A DNA stretch of 64,000 nt from Candidatus Poribacteria bacterium (GTDB lineage Bacteria; Poribacteria; WGA-4E; WGA-3G), in the NCBI GenBank assembly GCA_965198235.1, contig OZ240248.1, positions 64,001-128,000 on the forward strand, read 5' to 3'. How positions within the stretch are numbered: the stretch's first letter is position 1; every line of letters starts with the position of its first letter. The notes beneath the pieces are model-generated. The model had not been told where the DNA came from. It made no database searches and saw only the letters and a program-made list of their open reading frames with translations. Shown piece by piece: positions 41,128 to 54,393 of the stretch. Position numbers and translations under genes: made by a program.

Positions 41128-41835
41128 GTGAACAATGTTAGTTTAAATCGGCGATTCTTAGAAACTGACGATGAAGAAGAGGCGTGTAGACTACTCTTCA
41201 ACGAGTATTACAAAACCGTCTTCAACGCAGTTGATAGAATGCTGGGTAATCATTCAGATCTCCCTGTAGATGCCGATGACATCACTAGCGAAACCTTTAC
41301 TAAAGCCTTCAATAAGAGGAAGGAAATCCGAGAACCGGAGAAGTTATTGGAGTGGTTGATAACGGCAGCGAAAAACCTCATGATTGACAAGATGAGAAGA
41401 TTTCGCTCCCAGACGCGACGTTTGCCAATCGAATCGCTTGACGGTCTTTACGACAGCGAAGGAGAGGTACCTCTCGCGGAAACCGATACCGAACAAGCCG
41501 AAGCAAATCGGTATCTGGTAGCACAACTCCTCCGTCTCCTCCAAGACAGGGATCGAGAAATCGTAGCGTTTATGCTTGATGAGTTATCCCCCAAAGAGAT
41601 AGCAAAAGAGATCGGCTCTACACCGGAAGCAGTTCAGAAGAGATGGGAACGAATCCGCAAGTGGTTGGAACCCGTCGCCCGCAACTTAGAGTCGTTGGTA
41701 GACTGCCTCCCGGAGGAGAACGACAGAAAGATCATGGAACGGTACTTGGATGGACAACCTCTATCGGCAATTGCGAAAGCAATCGGTATCTCTCCTTTTG
41801 CCGTTGAGCGGACGGTGAAACGTGTGATCGCATAG
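41128..41835 (+). CDS. ECF-like sigma70 factor with tandem region-4 HTHs
   Basis: Region 2 DADDITSETF..WLITAAKNLMID; two sigma4-like units (SPKEIAKEIG, PLSAIAKAIG). Confidence 0.8.
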   Translation: MNNVSLNRRFLETDDEEEACRLLFNEYYKTVFNAVDRMLGNHSDLPVDADDITSETFTKAFNKRKEIREPEKLLEWLITAAKNLMIDKMRRFRSQTRRLPIESLDGLYDSEGEVPLAETDTEQAEANRYLVAQLLRLLQDRDREIVAFMLDELSPKEIAKEIGSTPEAVQKRWERIRKWLEPVARNLESLVDCLPEENDRKIMERYLDGQPLSAIAKAIGISPFAVERTVKRVIA

Positions 41836-42059
41836 TGGAAGAAAGTTTCCGCAAGACAGAATCCCACGGATCCCGTTTCTGCAATAGTTAAGAAGGAGGA
41901 ATAATTTTTCACCAAAATGCCGGCGCGGACTGATTTATGTCAGTGCCAGCACTTGATTAGGGAACTTTGCAACTATTGCGAGTTTATATAATAGGATAGA
42001 ATTAATAGCGTAAAGGGTTGAAACGCGAGATTTTCACACAGTTACGCGAGGAATTCAAG

Positions 42060-42281
42060 ATGCGCCGCTCAAAAACAAAAATGATATTGACTGCATGTGA
42101 GATGTGCTTCGCCGGGAAAACCGACAACGAGATAGCAGCCGATTTAGGAGCGTCTGTCTCGGCGGTATCGCGCTGGCGGAAGAATGAGATTTGGCAAGAG
42201 TTTGAACAGGAACTCATCTCAGCGCATAAGCAGTCGTTATTAGAAGCGCATCGATTAGCAACCCTTGAAGATAGCACGTAA
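42060..42281 (+). CDS. Small HTH protein
   Basis: GKTDNEIAADLGASVSAVSRWRK; GAGGA upstream of the ATG. Confidence 0.75.
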   Translation: MRRSKTKMILTACEMCFAGKTDNEIAADLGASVSAVSRWRKNEIWQEFEQELISAHKQSLLEAHRLATLEDST

Positions 42282-42486
42282 ATGGCAGTCAGCAATCAGC
42301 GGTCAGGAAGAAAGGAAGATGCACAGGCTAACAGCCTATGCTACAAGTTGATAGTTTCCGACAGCCAGTGTGCATAAAGGTTAGGTTCAAATGAGGAATG
42401 GATTTATCAATCCCTGGATCCGTTCTTGATTTTGTACATAAGGTTTTAGGTTTAAGTTTAAAATTTTATTCCATAAGAATAAGGAG

Positions 42487-45606
<3,120 letters not shown>

Positions 45607-45670
45607 GTAGTAGGAACAACAAGGTTATTTCAGGGATAAAATTTGTTTGAACTAACCTTAACCACGAAAG

Positions 45671-45710
45671 AGGGTAGTGTACTTCGGTACGCTACCCTGT
45701 TTTGTTTTAT
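45671..45710 (+). terminator. Rho-independent terminator
   Basis: AGGGTAGTGTAC-TTCG-GTACGCTACCCT followed by GTTTTGTTTT. Confidence 0.85.
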
Positions 45711-45922
45711 AGTAAAGCCCGAAGATACGTGAACACTTTAGAAAACACAAAACACCCCTCCTTCGCTGGCGGGGTTTGATGAAGTTTCAATAAATATTTC
45801 GGTAATTCTATGAAGGGCAATTCTCAAACAAGAAGCGTCTGTAATCCTGTAAAGATCGAAGAGGTTTCCCATAAATCCCGGTTCAGACAGGGGTCCCCAT
45901 AGCGAATACCGCTGATAAAACC

Positions 45923-45958
45923 TTGACAATAGCGATGTATGTCAACTATAATTGTCAA
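45923..45958 (+). promoter_or_regulatory. rbsK promoter with an overlapping inverted repeat
   Basis: TTGACA-18 nt-TATAAT; TTGACAAT..ATTGTCAA palindrome. Confidence 0.6.
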
Positions 45959-45985
45959 AAATCGTTAGAAAGATAGGAATGCGTC

Positions 45986-46927
45986 GTGATAAACCAAGCA
46001 ACCCCGAAAGTTACCGTTGTTGGCAGCCTGAACGTCGATCTGGTATGCCGCGCAATACGGCGACCCGGCAAAGGCGAAACGCTCATCGGCGATGCTTTTG
46101 ATATTTTCACAGGTGGGAAAGGATTTAATCAGGCAACTGCCGCTGCACGGTTAGGTGCCGATGTCACACTTATCGGAAGTGTCGGTGCCGATCTTTTCGG
46201 AGATATGCTCCTCGCCGCAACGGAAAACGAACACATTAATAGCAGGTTTGTCACAAAACGTACGGATGTCGGGACGGGTGTGGCAACTATCGTCATTGAA
46301 CCCGATGGCGACAATAGCATCATCGTCGTGCCGCGCGCAAATATGGCACTCACAACAACAGATATAGACGCTGCTGCCGACGACATCGCAAACGCTGATG
46401 TTCTACTTCTACAATTAGAGACACCGGTTGCAGCATCCGAGCACGCCGCAGCGATTGCTAAGGCACACGGGACGACTGTGATATTAAATCCCGCACCTGC
46501 GCAACCACTGCCGGATAGTCTGTTAGCGTCTGTTGATATTCTCACCCCGAATCAATCCGAAACCGAACTGTTGTCGGAGGTGCAGGTTAACAACGACGAA
46601 GATGCGCGCCGCGCAGCAGAGGTGCTACGCACTCGCATGGTGGATGCCGCAAGCACTGCTGTTGTCTTGACGCTTGGAGAGCAAGGGGCACTGATGTTGA
46701 CAGCAACCGAATCTGAACATGTTTCGGCATTGACTGTTGATGCTGTGGATACGACAGGTGCAGGGGATGCGTTTTGTGGCGCACTCGCGACCGCCTTGGC
46801 AAGCGGTGAGGCTTTACGGACAGCAGTCGGGTTTGCAAATGCAGCAGGGGCAGCAGCAGTCACTGTCGTTGGCGCGACACCTTCAATGCCTACACGGGCA
46901 AAGATTGAACGTCTATTGGAATCTTGA
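45986..46927 (+). CDS. rbsK: Ribokinase
   Basis: VVGSLNVD, GGKGFNQA, LQLETP, NPAP, DTTGAGDAF. Confidence 0.93.
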   Translation: MINQATPKVTVVGSLNVDLVCRAIRRPGKGETLIGDAFDIFTGGKGFNQATAAARLGADVTLIGSVGADLFGDMLLAATENEHINSRFVTKRTDVGTGVATIVIEPDGDNSIIVVPRANMALTTTDIDAAADDIANADVLLLQLETPVAASEHAAAIAKAHGTTVILNPAPAQPLPDSLLASVDILTPNQSETELLSEVQVNNDEDARRAAEVLRTRMVDAASTAVVLTLGEQGALMLTATESEHVSALTVDAVDTTGAGDAFCGALATALASGEALRTAVGFANAAGAAAVTVVGATPSMPTRAKIERLLES

Positions 46928-46973
46928 AGCAGGACTTACGCACTTCCCTCGTAGGGGCGGTTTCTAACTGCAC

Positions 46974-47271
46974 CATAGATGTCAATTTAAGAAAGGACTT
47001 CATCGTAGGTTGGGTTGAATGGAGAACACCAGAGAGCTACGGATTCAGAGAAAAATCGCAGTGTTTCCATACGACTTGCATTTCAGAGATATGGAGTGAA
47101 ACCCAACGCTTTTCTGGTGAGGGTTTGGGGTCTCTCGGTGTATGGAGTTGGGTTTCACTATGTCCGTGGACGTATATGGCAGCAGATTAGATTTGAAATG
47201 TCTTTGGAACACCGATATTAACTTTCTCAGTTCCGTTCAACCCAACCTACGGGACTAAATTGACACTTATG
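46974..47271. mobile_element. MITE/REPIN-like element copy 3 with 19-bp flanking direct repeat
   Basis: CATAGATGTCAATTTA...TAAATTGACACTTATG; flanks GGGCGGTTTCTAACTGCAC / GGGCGGTCTCTAACTGCAT. Confidence 0.8.
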
Positions 47272-47383
47272 GGGCGGTCTCTAACTGCATCGATCCGATA
47301 GAGGGAAATATCTGTACCAGATTGAAGATAAAAATTTCAAGGTAGAAAAACCGTATTCCATAGCCCATCAAAAGGAAAATACA

Positions 47384-50311
47384 ATGAAAAGAACACTGTT
47401 AAATCCCATATTCATAATGCTAATCATAGCCATCGGATTCAACACAGCTTTCTTACAGGGTTCTTCCGCAGCAGAAAAATGGGAATCGAACATGAGAAAA
47501 GACTTCACAAAGGTGTTGCAAGAAAAGAAGAAACCCGCGGAGAAACATCGTGAACTCATCCTCAAGTGGCAGAAACAGGGACGACTTTCCGCGCTCCTCA
47601 CGCTTTATACCGCAAGGGAGAATAACCGCCAAGCCCAACAACCTTCTACCCCCACAACCAAGGCAGCGTTCTATTACGGCTTGGGGTACGTACATGCCCT
47701 TCAAGCAACAGAAACCGGCGAAGAGTTGGATACTGCTATTGCTTATTTTCAGCATGTTGTTGAGATCGATCCAGATCTATTTTGGGCGCGCTTTAACCTC
47801 GGCGGTATCTATCAAGAACAGGGCAAAGACGAGTTGGCACTTGCTGAATTTGAGGCTTGTGTCCGTTTAAACTCCAACTACTATCCAGTTCACTATCGTG
47901 TGGGTGAGATTCACTTAAAGCAGCAGAATTACATAGAAGCACTCCACGCCTTCGACGCAGCACGAAAGGTAAACAGAAAGTGGGAATATCCACAGTACGG
48001 TATCGGTTTGGTTTATTTCGCGCAGGGTGAGATAGACCGCGCCCGCGAGACCTTTGAGAATATTACGCATCGAAAAAAGAAGTTCGCGCCTGCCTACTTC
48101 AAACTTGGACAGGTCCTTGCTACAGAGGGGTTCTTTGATGAAGCGTTAAAAGAATACGCGAAAGGATCGCAACATCAGGATTACTCAGCACAAGTCCTTT
48201 ACGAACTGGCGGTTATCTTCGATGAAAAAGGCAATACGGACGGCGCAATTCGGCTATATCAACGCACAATTGACGTTGAGCCAACTCATGCGAAAACACA
48301 TTTCGCGCTTGGAGAACGCCTCTATACGAATGGCGATACCACGACAGCGGTACAACATTACCAACAGGCATTGTCTCTTACACCGAATATTAAGGACGCT
48401 TTCTATGAACCGCTTGAACCTTACTTCGCAGGGTTGATGACCCCGGACGAGGCGATGTCATTCCTTGAGAAAGCAACGTTAGTCCTTCCTGACGATCCGC
48501 GCTCCTATTTTTATGCGGGTGTGCTTGAAGCCGATGCGGGCAACATCCAAAAAGCCATCGAATCTTATGAAAAGACCATTGAAATCATAGAAGTCGATCC
48601 AAGTCATGTGCAAACGGAACTCCTTTTAGGCGATTTCAATGATGTTTACTTGAAACTTGGTGAACTTTATCACCAACAGGGAGATGTAGATGCTGCTGTT
48701 GCTTACTTTAAACGCGCATTGGCATTAAATCCAGAATTAGCAAATAGATTTATCGCGCAAGGGCAAAATGCTTTCGAGGCGGGAAACTATCAAGAGGCTA
48801 TTGAATCATTAAATACGCACCTCCTGTTGTTTCCGGAGGATGTTGGTGCTGCTTATCTACTGGGACAGAGTTATGAGGCGAATAGCGATATAGACAACGC
48901 ACTCACCTTTTATAAACGCACTTTGGCGTTAGATTCACAGCAACCAGGTGTGCTCTTCAAGATGGTTCACATTTATCGAAACCGAGAGGCACATCAGCAG
49001 GCAATTGATACTTTGCAGAAGATTATTAAGATTGCACCTGACACGACCGAGGCACACTATCTAATGGCACTGTCCTACCTCACACTGGAGGAGCCCGATC
49101 CTGCCTTGCTCGCGTTTCTCGCAACTGTTCAGTTAAACCCGGATGATGTCTCAGCGCATTACCACGCAGCAATCTTGTTTGAACAAAAGGGTGAGATAGA
49201 CAACGCTATCGTCCATTACGAGAAAACAATTGGACTTGATACCGCGTCGATTGAAAGCCCTTTTTTTGACGTAACAGAAGTAACACCATTTTTCCGGCTC
49301 GGTGCAATCTATCGCGAGCGTAACGATGAAGATAATATTGTTCGGGTCTATCAACCGGCATTGGAAATTGATCCCGCGCACCCGGAACTCCATCATCTTC
49401 TTGCTGTCATCTTTGAGAAACACGACGAACGTGAGAACGCCATTCGGTACTACGGATTGGCGAATCAATACAATCCTGAGAAGTTTGACTGGCACTACAG
49501 TTACGCACGTCTGCTCGACCGACATGCCGAGACGCTTGGAGATGACTATCATAAACATGCTGAGATGGCTGTCAAAGAGTATACCGCGACCCTCGCTCTG
49601 AATTCAGACTCTGTAGATGCCTACTTCTACCGTGGAATGCTCACGCTCCGCTACAGGCAGATTGGCAAAACGCTTTATCGCTATAGCCAAAGTTTAGAGG
49701 ATTTCAAGCAGGTGGTTGAAATCCAACCCAAAAACCGTGAGGCGAACTATCAGCTCGGAGTCCTTTATCTTGAAATTGATCGGCATCGTCTCGCCAAAGA
49801 GGCTTTTGAAAATATGCTCTCTTACGCGCCAAAATATAGAGGAATCCACTTACATCTCGGACAGATTGCGGAATGGGAACAGGCGTGGAAGCAGGCAATT
49901 CAACAGTACGAAGCGGAAGCCGCGCTTATTCAACAACCCCTCGAAGAAGGCGACGATATTGCCACCAAAACGTATCAACGCCTCGGCAATCTATACTATG
50001 CACATGCTTTGGATTACAACGCCGCGAAAGAGACACTGGAAAAGGCACTCGCTTTAGACGACACTCATGTGCCGACACTGCTCAACTACGCCAACAACCT
50101 CTTCAGTATGGATTTACTCGGCGCAGCGACGGAACAGTTTGAACGGGTGATACAATTGGAACCCCGCAACTTGACGGCAAACTACAACCTCGCATTAATG
50201 TATGAATACAGAGAGAAGCGTGAACAGGCGAGAGCGCAATGGCAACGTTTCCTCGAACTCAATCCACCCGAACAGTGGCGGATTGAGGCAGAAAGACACC
50301 TGAGTCAATAG
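47384..50311 (+). CDS. Secreted multi-TPR protein
   Basis: Signal peptide followed by TPR-type repeats (e.g. ARFNLGGIY, AYFKLGQVL) along most of its length. Confidence 0.92.
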   Translation: MKRTLLNPIFIMLIIAIGFNTAFLQGSSAAEKWESNMRKDFTKVLQEKKKPAEKHRELILKWQKQGRLSALLTLYTARENNRQAQQPSTPTTKAAFYYGLGYVHALQATETGEELDTAIAYFQHVVEIDPDLFWARFNLGGIYQEQGKDELALAEFEACVRLNSNYYPVHYRVGEIHLKQQNYIEALHAFDAARKVNRKWEYPQYGIGLVYFAQGEIDRARETFENITHRKKKFAPAYFKLGQVLATEGFFDEALKEYAKGSQHQDYSAQVLYELAVIFDEKGNTDGAIRLYQRTIDVEPTHAKTHFALGERLYTNGDTTTAVQHYQQALSLTPNIKDAFYEPLEPYFAGLMTPDEAMSFLEKATLVLPDDPRSYFYAGVLEADAGNIQKAIESYEKTIEIIEVDPSHVQTELLLGDFNDVYLKLGELYHQQGDVDAAVAYFKRALALNPELANRFIAQGQNAFEAGNYQEAIESLNTHLLLFPEDVGAAYLLGQSYEANSDIDNALTFYKRTLALDSQQPGVLFKMVHIYRNREAHQQAIDTLQKIIKIAPDTTEAHYLMALSYLTLEEPDPALLAFLATVQLNPDDVSAHYHAAILFEQKGEIDNAIVHYEKTIGLDTASIESPFFDVTEVTPFFRLGAIYRERNDEDNIVRVYQPALEIDPAHPELHHLLAVIFEKHDERENAIRYYGLANQYNPEKFDWHYSYARLLDRHAETLGDDYHKHAEMAVKEYTATLALNSDSVDAYFYRGMLTLRYRQIGKTLYRYSQSLEDFKQVVEIQPKNREANYQLGVLYLEIDRHRLAKEAFENMLSYAPKYRGIHLHLGQIAEWEQAWKQAIQQYEAEAALIQQPLEEGDDIATKTYQRLGNLYYAHALDYNAAKETLEKALALDDTHVPTLLNYANNLFSMDLLGAATEQFERVIQLEPRNLTANYNLALMYEYREKREQARAQWQRFLELNPPEQWRIEAERHLSQ

Positions 50312-50462
50312 CATTATTAGTTTTCAACTATCAGTTTGCCTCACATTGTCCCGCAAGCCTCTATAGGCTTGCGCAGCGTTGTCAGTCAGAAGTCCCTCTC
50401 TTTCACGGGGAACTGAATACTGACAATTAGAATGAAACGATTACATAAAAAGGGAACCGATC

Positions 50463-51473
50463 GTGGAATATCATAAGAAAGATGGGGTCTTTTTATACAG
50501 AGGGGATGCCCTTAACTGGTATGATAAATGGGAATCTCCAATCGTTATTGTCTCGGATGGTCCCTATGGTATCGGGAGCTATCCCGGTGACCCACCCACC
50601 TCAGAGGAATTAGCTGAGTCTTACGAGCCTCATATAACTAAGTGGTCGGAACGCGCAACGCCCATGACAACGCTTTGGTTTTGGAATACAGAGCTCGGGT
50701 GGGCAAACGTGCATCCCGTGTTAGCCAAACATGGTTGGGAGTACCGAAGTTGCCACGTCTGGAATAAGGGAATAGCGCACATCGCGGGTAACTCAAATGG
50801 CAAAACCCTTAGAAAATTTCCTGTAACGACGGAAGTGTGTGTTCAGTATATAAAAAAAGCCTTGTTCTGCGTCAACGGCACAAAGATGGATATGCAAAGG
50901 TGGCTTCGGTATGAATGGGAACGCACAGGGCTTCCATTTTCCAAAACCAATGAGGTCTGCGGTGTGAAAAGTGCTGCCACGAGGAAGTATTTCACGAAAG
51001 ACCACCTCTGGTACTATCCCCCGCCTGAAGCGTTTGAAAAGATTGCTGAGTACGCAAACAGATATGGAAATGAGGGCGGAAAACCCTATTTCTCTGTAAA
51101 CGGTATAACACCCATTACAGGCAAGGAATGGGCAAATATGAGAGCCAAGTTTTACTTTGAGAACGGCATTACAAATGTCTGGCAGGAACCGGCTGTTCGC
51201 GGAACCGAGCGATTAAAAAAGCGGTACAAAAGTTTACATAACAACCAAAAACCCCTAAAACTCATGAACTTATGTATCCGAGCGAGTAGTGACGTAGGGG
51301 ATGTCGTATGGGAACCTTTCGGGGGTCTCTGTTCGGCAGCAATCGCTTCGCATCAACTGAAACGAAAATGTTACGCAGCCGAGATCCATCCCGACTATTT
51401 TAAAGTAGCCGTTGAGAGGCTCTCAAATTACGACACCCAACAGGAGTTAGCATTCTATGACAATTCCGGTTGA
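50463..51473 (+). CDS. N4/N6 DNA methyltransferase (beta-type motif order)
   Basis: IVSDGPYG (motif IV variant), HNNQKP, VWEPFGGLCS (motif I). Confidence 0.88.
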   Translation: MEYHKKDGVFLYRGDALNWYDKWESPIVIVSDGPYGIGSYPGDPPTSEELAESYEPHITKWSERATPMTTLWFWNTELGWANVHPVLAKHGWEYRSCHVWNKGIAHIAGNSNGKTLRKFPVTTEVCVQYIKKALFCVNGTKMDMQRWLRYEWERTGLPFSKTNEVCGVKSAATRKYFTKDHLWYYPPPEAFEKIAEYANRYGNEGGKPYFSVNGITPITGKEWANMRAKFYFENGITNVWQEPAVRGTERLKKRYKSLHNNQKPLKLMNLCIRASSDVGDVVWEPFGGLCSAAIASHQLKRKCYAAEIHPDYFKVAVERLSNYDTQQELAFYDNSG

Positions 51474-52386
51474 ACCTAAAAGGAATCCACCACAGAACAA
51501 CGAAATTGTATACGAAGTGTACAAAAATGTACGCGAGGCACTTTTTGCACTTCCCACCTACTTTCGGTCGGATACATCCATAGAGGGGATATTGGCGACA
51601 GACATCTTCACCTTAAATGCCGCATTCGGAGCAACGATCGAGGACCAAGTGGTTTCAACATTGAATCGGATGCGGGAAGTTTGGGATCCAGGTGAGAAAT
51701 TTATGTATCATAGGTTTGTCAGGCAACCACAGACATTCCCAGACGTTCTGTTGAGAAGAGACACAAGTGGAACAGATGAGCGTGGGAGTGAAACTTTGTT
51801 AGGAATTGAATTAAAAAGTTGGTATTTATTAGCAAAGGAGGGAGAGCCGAGTTTTCGGTTCCAAGTAACCCCCGCCGCTTGTGCCAAACAAGACTTGATC
51901 GTCGTGATTCCTTGGGCTCTCAATAACGTGATCTCAGGCTATCCCAAGATATTTTCACCCTATGTGGAATTAGCGAAGTATGCAGCAGAATACCGTAATT
52001 ACTGGTGGGAATATATTCGGAAAACAAAGTCGATCGCAGAAATCGTGAGTCCACAAAACGTTTCTCCGTATCCCCAAAAAAGCGATAAAATTTCTGATAA
52101 GCCAGTATCTGATAGCGGAAACAATTTCGGGAGATTTGCACGGACCGGAATAATGGATAATTATTTGGAGATAGCAAAAAGAGAATCGTTATGTGGAATC
52201 GGAGCAGAACATTGGTTGAACTTTTTTAAAATTTTTCAGGAAGAAAGAGACGAAGAATCTATAAATGCGGAACTTAGAAGACTGAGGGCCTTGGTGACAG
52301 GCACAGATCCGGAGGGTGAACCCTATCTTATTGATGCCTTGGAAAAGATATTGTCAGGGGTAGATGCGCTCTTGGACCAGAGGTGA
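51457..52386 (+). CDS. Putative restriction endonuclease
   Basis: FPDVLL..GIELKSW PD-(D/E)xK-like motif; overlaps the MTase gene. Confidence 0.65.
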   Translation: MTIPVEPKRNPPQNNEIVYEVYKNVREALFALPTYFRSDTSIEGILATDIFTLNAAFGATIEDQVVSTLNRMREVWDPGEKFMYHRFVRQPQTFPDVLLRRDTSGTDERGSETLLGIELKSWYLLAKEGEPSFRFQVTPAACAKQDLIVVIPWALNNVISGYPKIFSPYVELAKYAAEYRNYWWEYIRKTKSIAEIVSPQNVSPYPQKSDKISDKPVSDSGNNFGRFARTGIMDNYLEIAKRESLCGIGAEHWLNFFKIFQEERDEESINAELRRLRALVTGTDPEGEPYLIDALEKILSGVDALLDQR

Positions 52387-52471
52387 ACAACGTGATTGTC
52401 CTACTGGTTAATATGCTCGTCGAGAAATAGCCAGAAAGTAAATTGCAAACGGACAAGAATTTATAATTCTT

Positions 52472-53131
52472 ATGACTTTTGGTATGCCGATTCAGACATC
52501 GCTTATTGGGTGCCAAATTGAGCACTATGCACAAGTCGCTTCTACTAACGACATCGCTATCGCGCGTGGTAAGGCAGGTGCAGCAGAGGGAACACTCATC
52601 ATTGCGGAGCACCAAACCGCCGGGCGTGGCAGATATGGTAGGAACTGGGAGGCACCGCCGGGGAAATGTCTTCTCGTGTCCGTCGTTCTTAAACATCGGC
52701 TCCTTCGCGATCAGGTCACACTCCCCAATCTCATCGGTGCCATTGCAATAGCACAGGCAATTCGCACGACGCATGGGCTTGACGCGCGGATTAAAATGCC
52801 TAACGATGTCCGGATCGAAAAAAAGAAGGTTGCGGGGGTCCTAACAGAACTCGCTTATGATAAGGAGCATCAACCTTTTTTCGTGTTGGGTTTCGGGGTG
52901 AATGTCAATAACGTCTTGGAGGATTTTCCGCCCGAATTGCGTGGGACCGCAACCTCCGTGCGTATGGCGTGTGCACTCTTGGAGGATCAAAGCACTGAGG
53001 TCTGTCGTACCCCGCTGTTATGTGATATACTCTGTCAATTGGAAAAGAGTTACCTGCGACTGAAGGCAGGTGAGACAGATTTAATTATGAACCAATTTGA
53101 GGTTTTGCGAGAAGATGAAGGTAGTCATTAG
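52472..53131 (+). CDS. birA: Biotin--protein ligase (no HTH domain)
   Basis: STND, QTAGRGRYGRNW, KMPND, KKVAGVL. Confidence 0.93.
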   Translation: MTFGMPIQTSLIGCQIEHYAQVASTNDIAIARGKAGAAEGTLIIAEHQTAGRGRYGRNWEAPPGKCLLVSVVLKHRLLRDQVTLPNLIGAIAIAQAIRTTHGLDARIKMPNDVRIEKKKVAGVLTELAYDKEHQPFFVLGFGVNVNNVLEDFPPELRGTATSVRMACALLEDQSTEVCRTPLLCDILCQLEKSYLRLKAGETDLIMNQFEVLREDEGSH

Positions 53132-53552
53132 TGCTTGCCTCTTGGGAGCCCCTTGCCGATACGACGGCGGCGACAGCCGAAACGAGACAGCAATGGCGCA
53201 AGAGAAAAGGTATCAACTTGTCCCTGTCTGCCCGGAAGAATCGGGTGGGTTGCCAACACCACGTCCGCCTGCGGAGATTGTTGGCGGCGATGGTGATGAT
53301 GTTCTGGATGGCAAGGCAAAGGTTATGACTGCTGATGGTACGGACGTAACGGAAGCCTATTTGAAAGGTGCCCATCACGCTCTGCAGGTTGCTCAATCAA
53401 ACGGGGCGACACACGTGATTCTGAAAGCAAGGAGTCCGTCCTGTGGCTGTGGCGACATCTACGATGGCACATTTTCAGGGACCCTCACATCTGGGGACGG
53501 CGTAACCACTGCCCTCCTGAAACGGCACGGCATTACCGTTACCACCCTGTAA
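53115..53552 (+). CDS. DUF523 (2-thiouracil desulfurase-like) protein
   Basis: ISACLLG..CRYDG, VCPE..GGLPTPRPP, LKARSPSCG. Confidence 0.9.
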   Translation: MKVVISACLLGAPCRYDGGDSRNETAMAQEKRYQLVPVCPEESGGLPTPRPPAEIVGGDGDDVLDGKAKVMTADGTDVTEAYLKGAHHALQVAQSNGATHVILKARSPSCGCGDIYDGTFSGTLTSGDGVTTALLKRHGITVTTL

Positions 53553-53568
53553 TTCCCACCGTAACAGG

Positions 53569-53620
53569 AAACCTGCGTGGAACGTAGTGGAACGCAGCCC
53601 AGGAGCACATAAATTAAAAA
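53569..53620 (+). repeat. TTAAAAA-end hairpin element overlapping the trpC stop codon
   Basis: AAAC CTGCG TGGAACGTAGTGGAA CGCAG CCCAGGAGCACATAAATTAAAAA. Confidence 0.75.
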
Positions 53621-54393
53621 TAGTTTAGAAGATGTCGAACCTGTTCGCCAATGTCAGGACTCCGCATCAATGACTCACCCACAAGCATCGCCTGCACACC
53701 CGCCTCCCGTAGCCGCATAACATCTTCACACGAGTATATACCACTTTCACTCACCACAACCTTATCTGCCGGAATAGCTTCACGCAACCGAAATGTGGTA
53801 GCAATGTCCGTGTGAAATGTACGCAAATCACGGTTGTTGATACCGATTATCTGAGCATCCACGTCCAATGCGATAGCCAATTCTTCTTGTGTGTGCACCT
53901 CTACCAAACACGCCAGTGACAACGACTCTGCAACATCCATGAATGTCCGTAGTTGTGCCGCTGTCAATGCTGCCACAATCAGTAAAATAGCATCCGCTCC
54001 CGCGACGCGAGCTTGGTAGATGTGATACGGATCAATTGTGAAATCTTTTCGGAGGAGTGGGATGTCAACAATATCCCGAATTGCACGCAGATAGGCGAGT
54101 TCACCTGCGAAAAAATGCTTGTCTGTCAGCACGGAGATCGCAGCAGCACCGTTCTGAACGTAGGTTTCGGCGATTGACACCGGATCGAAATCCTCGCGAA
54201 TAATCCCTTTACTGGGTGATTTTTTTTTCACCTCCGCGATAAGTTTAACGGTCCCGCTGCCTGTGATGGCATCGCGAAAATCCCGTGTCGGCGGGAGGTT
54301 CACAACCTCCGTTTCCAACCGCGTCAGCGGCACCTGCGCCTGTTCGGCTGCCAACTCCTTCCGTTTATGTGTGATGATAGTGTCAAGTATCAA
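53614..54393 (-). CDS. trpC: Indole-3-glycerol phosphate synthase
   Basis: IAEVKKKSPSKG, LLRKDF, GINNRDL, SESGI, LVGESLM. Confidence 0.97.
   Translation of the reverse strand: MILDTIITHKRKELAAEQAQVPLTRLETEVVNLPPTRDFRDAITGSGTVKLIAEVKKKSPSKGIIREDFDPVSIAETYVQNGAAAISVLTDKHFFAGELAYLRAIRDIVDIPLLRKDFTIDPYHIYQARVAGADAILLIVAALTAAQLRTFMDVAESLSLACLVEVHTQEELAIALDVDAQIIGINNRDLRTFHTDIATTFRLREAIPADKVVVSESGIYSCEDVMRLREAGVQAMLVGESLMRSPDIGEQVRHLLNYF

Noticed and set aside
41833-41835. Pyrrolysine or programmed amber readthrough in the sigma gene
   Set aside because: No pyl genes in the window, and other genes use TAG as a normal stop
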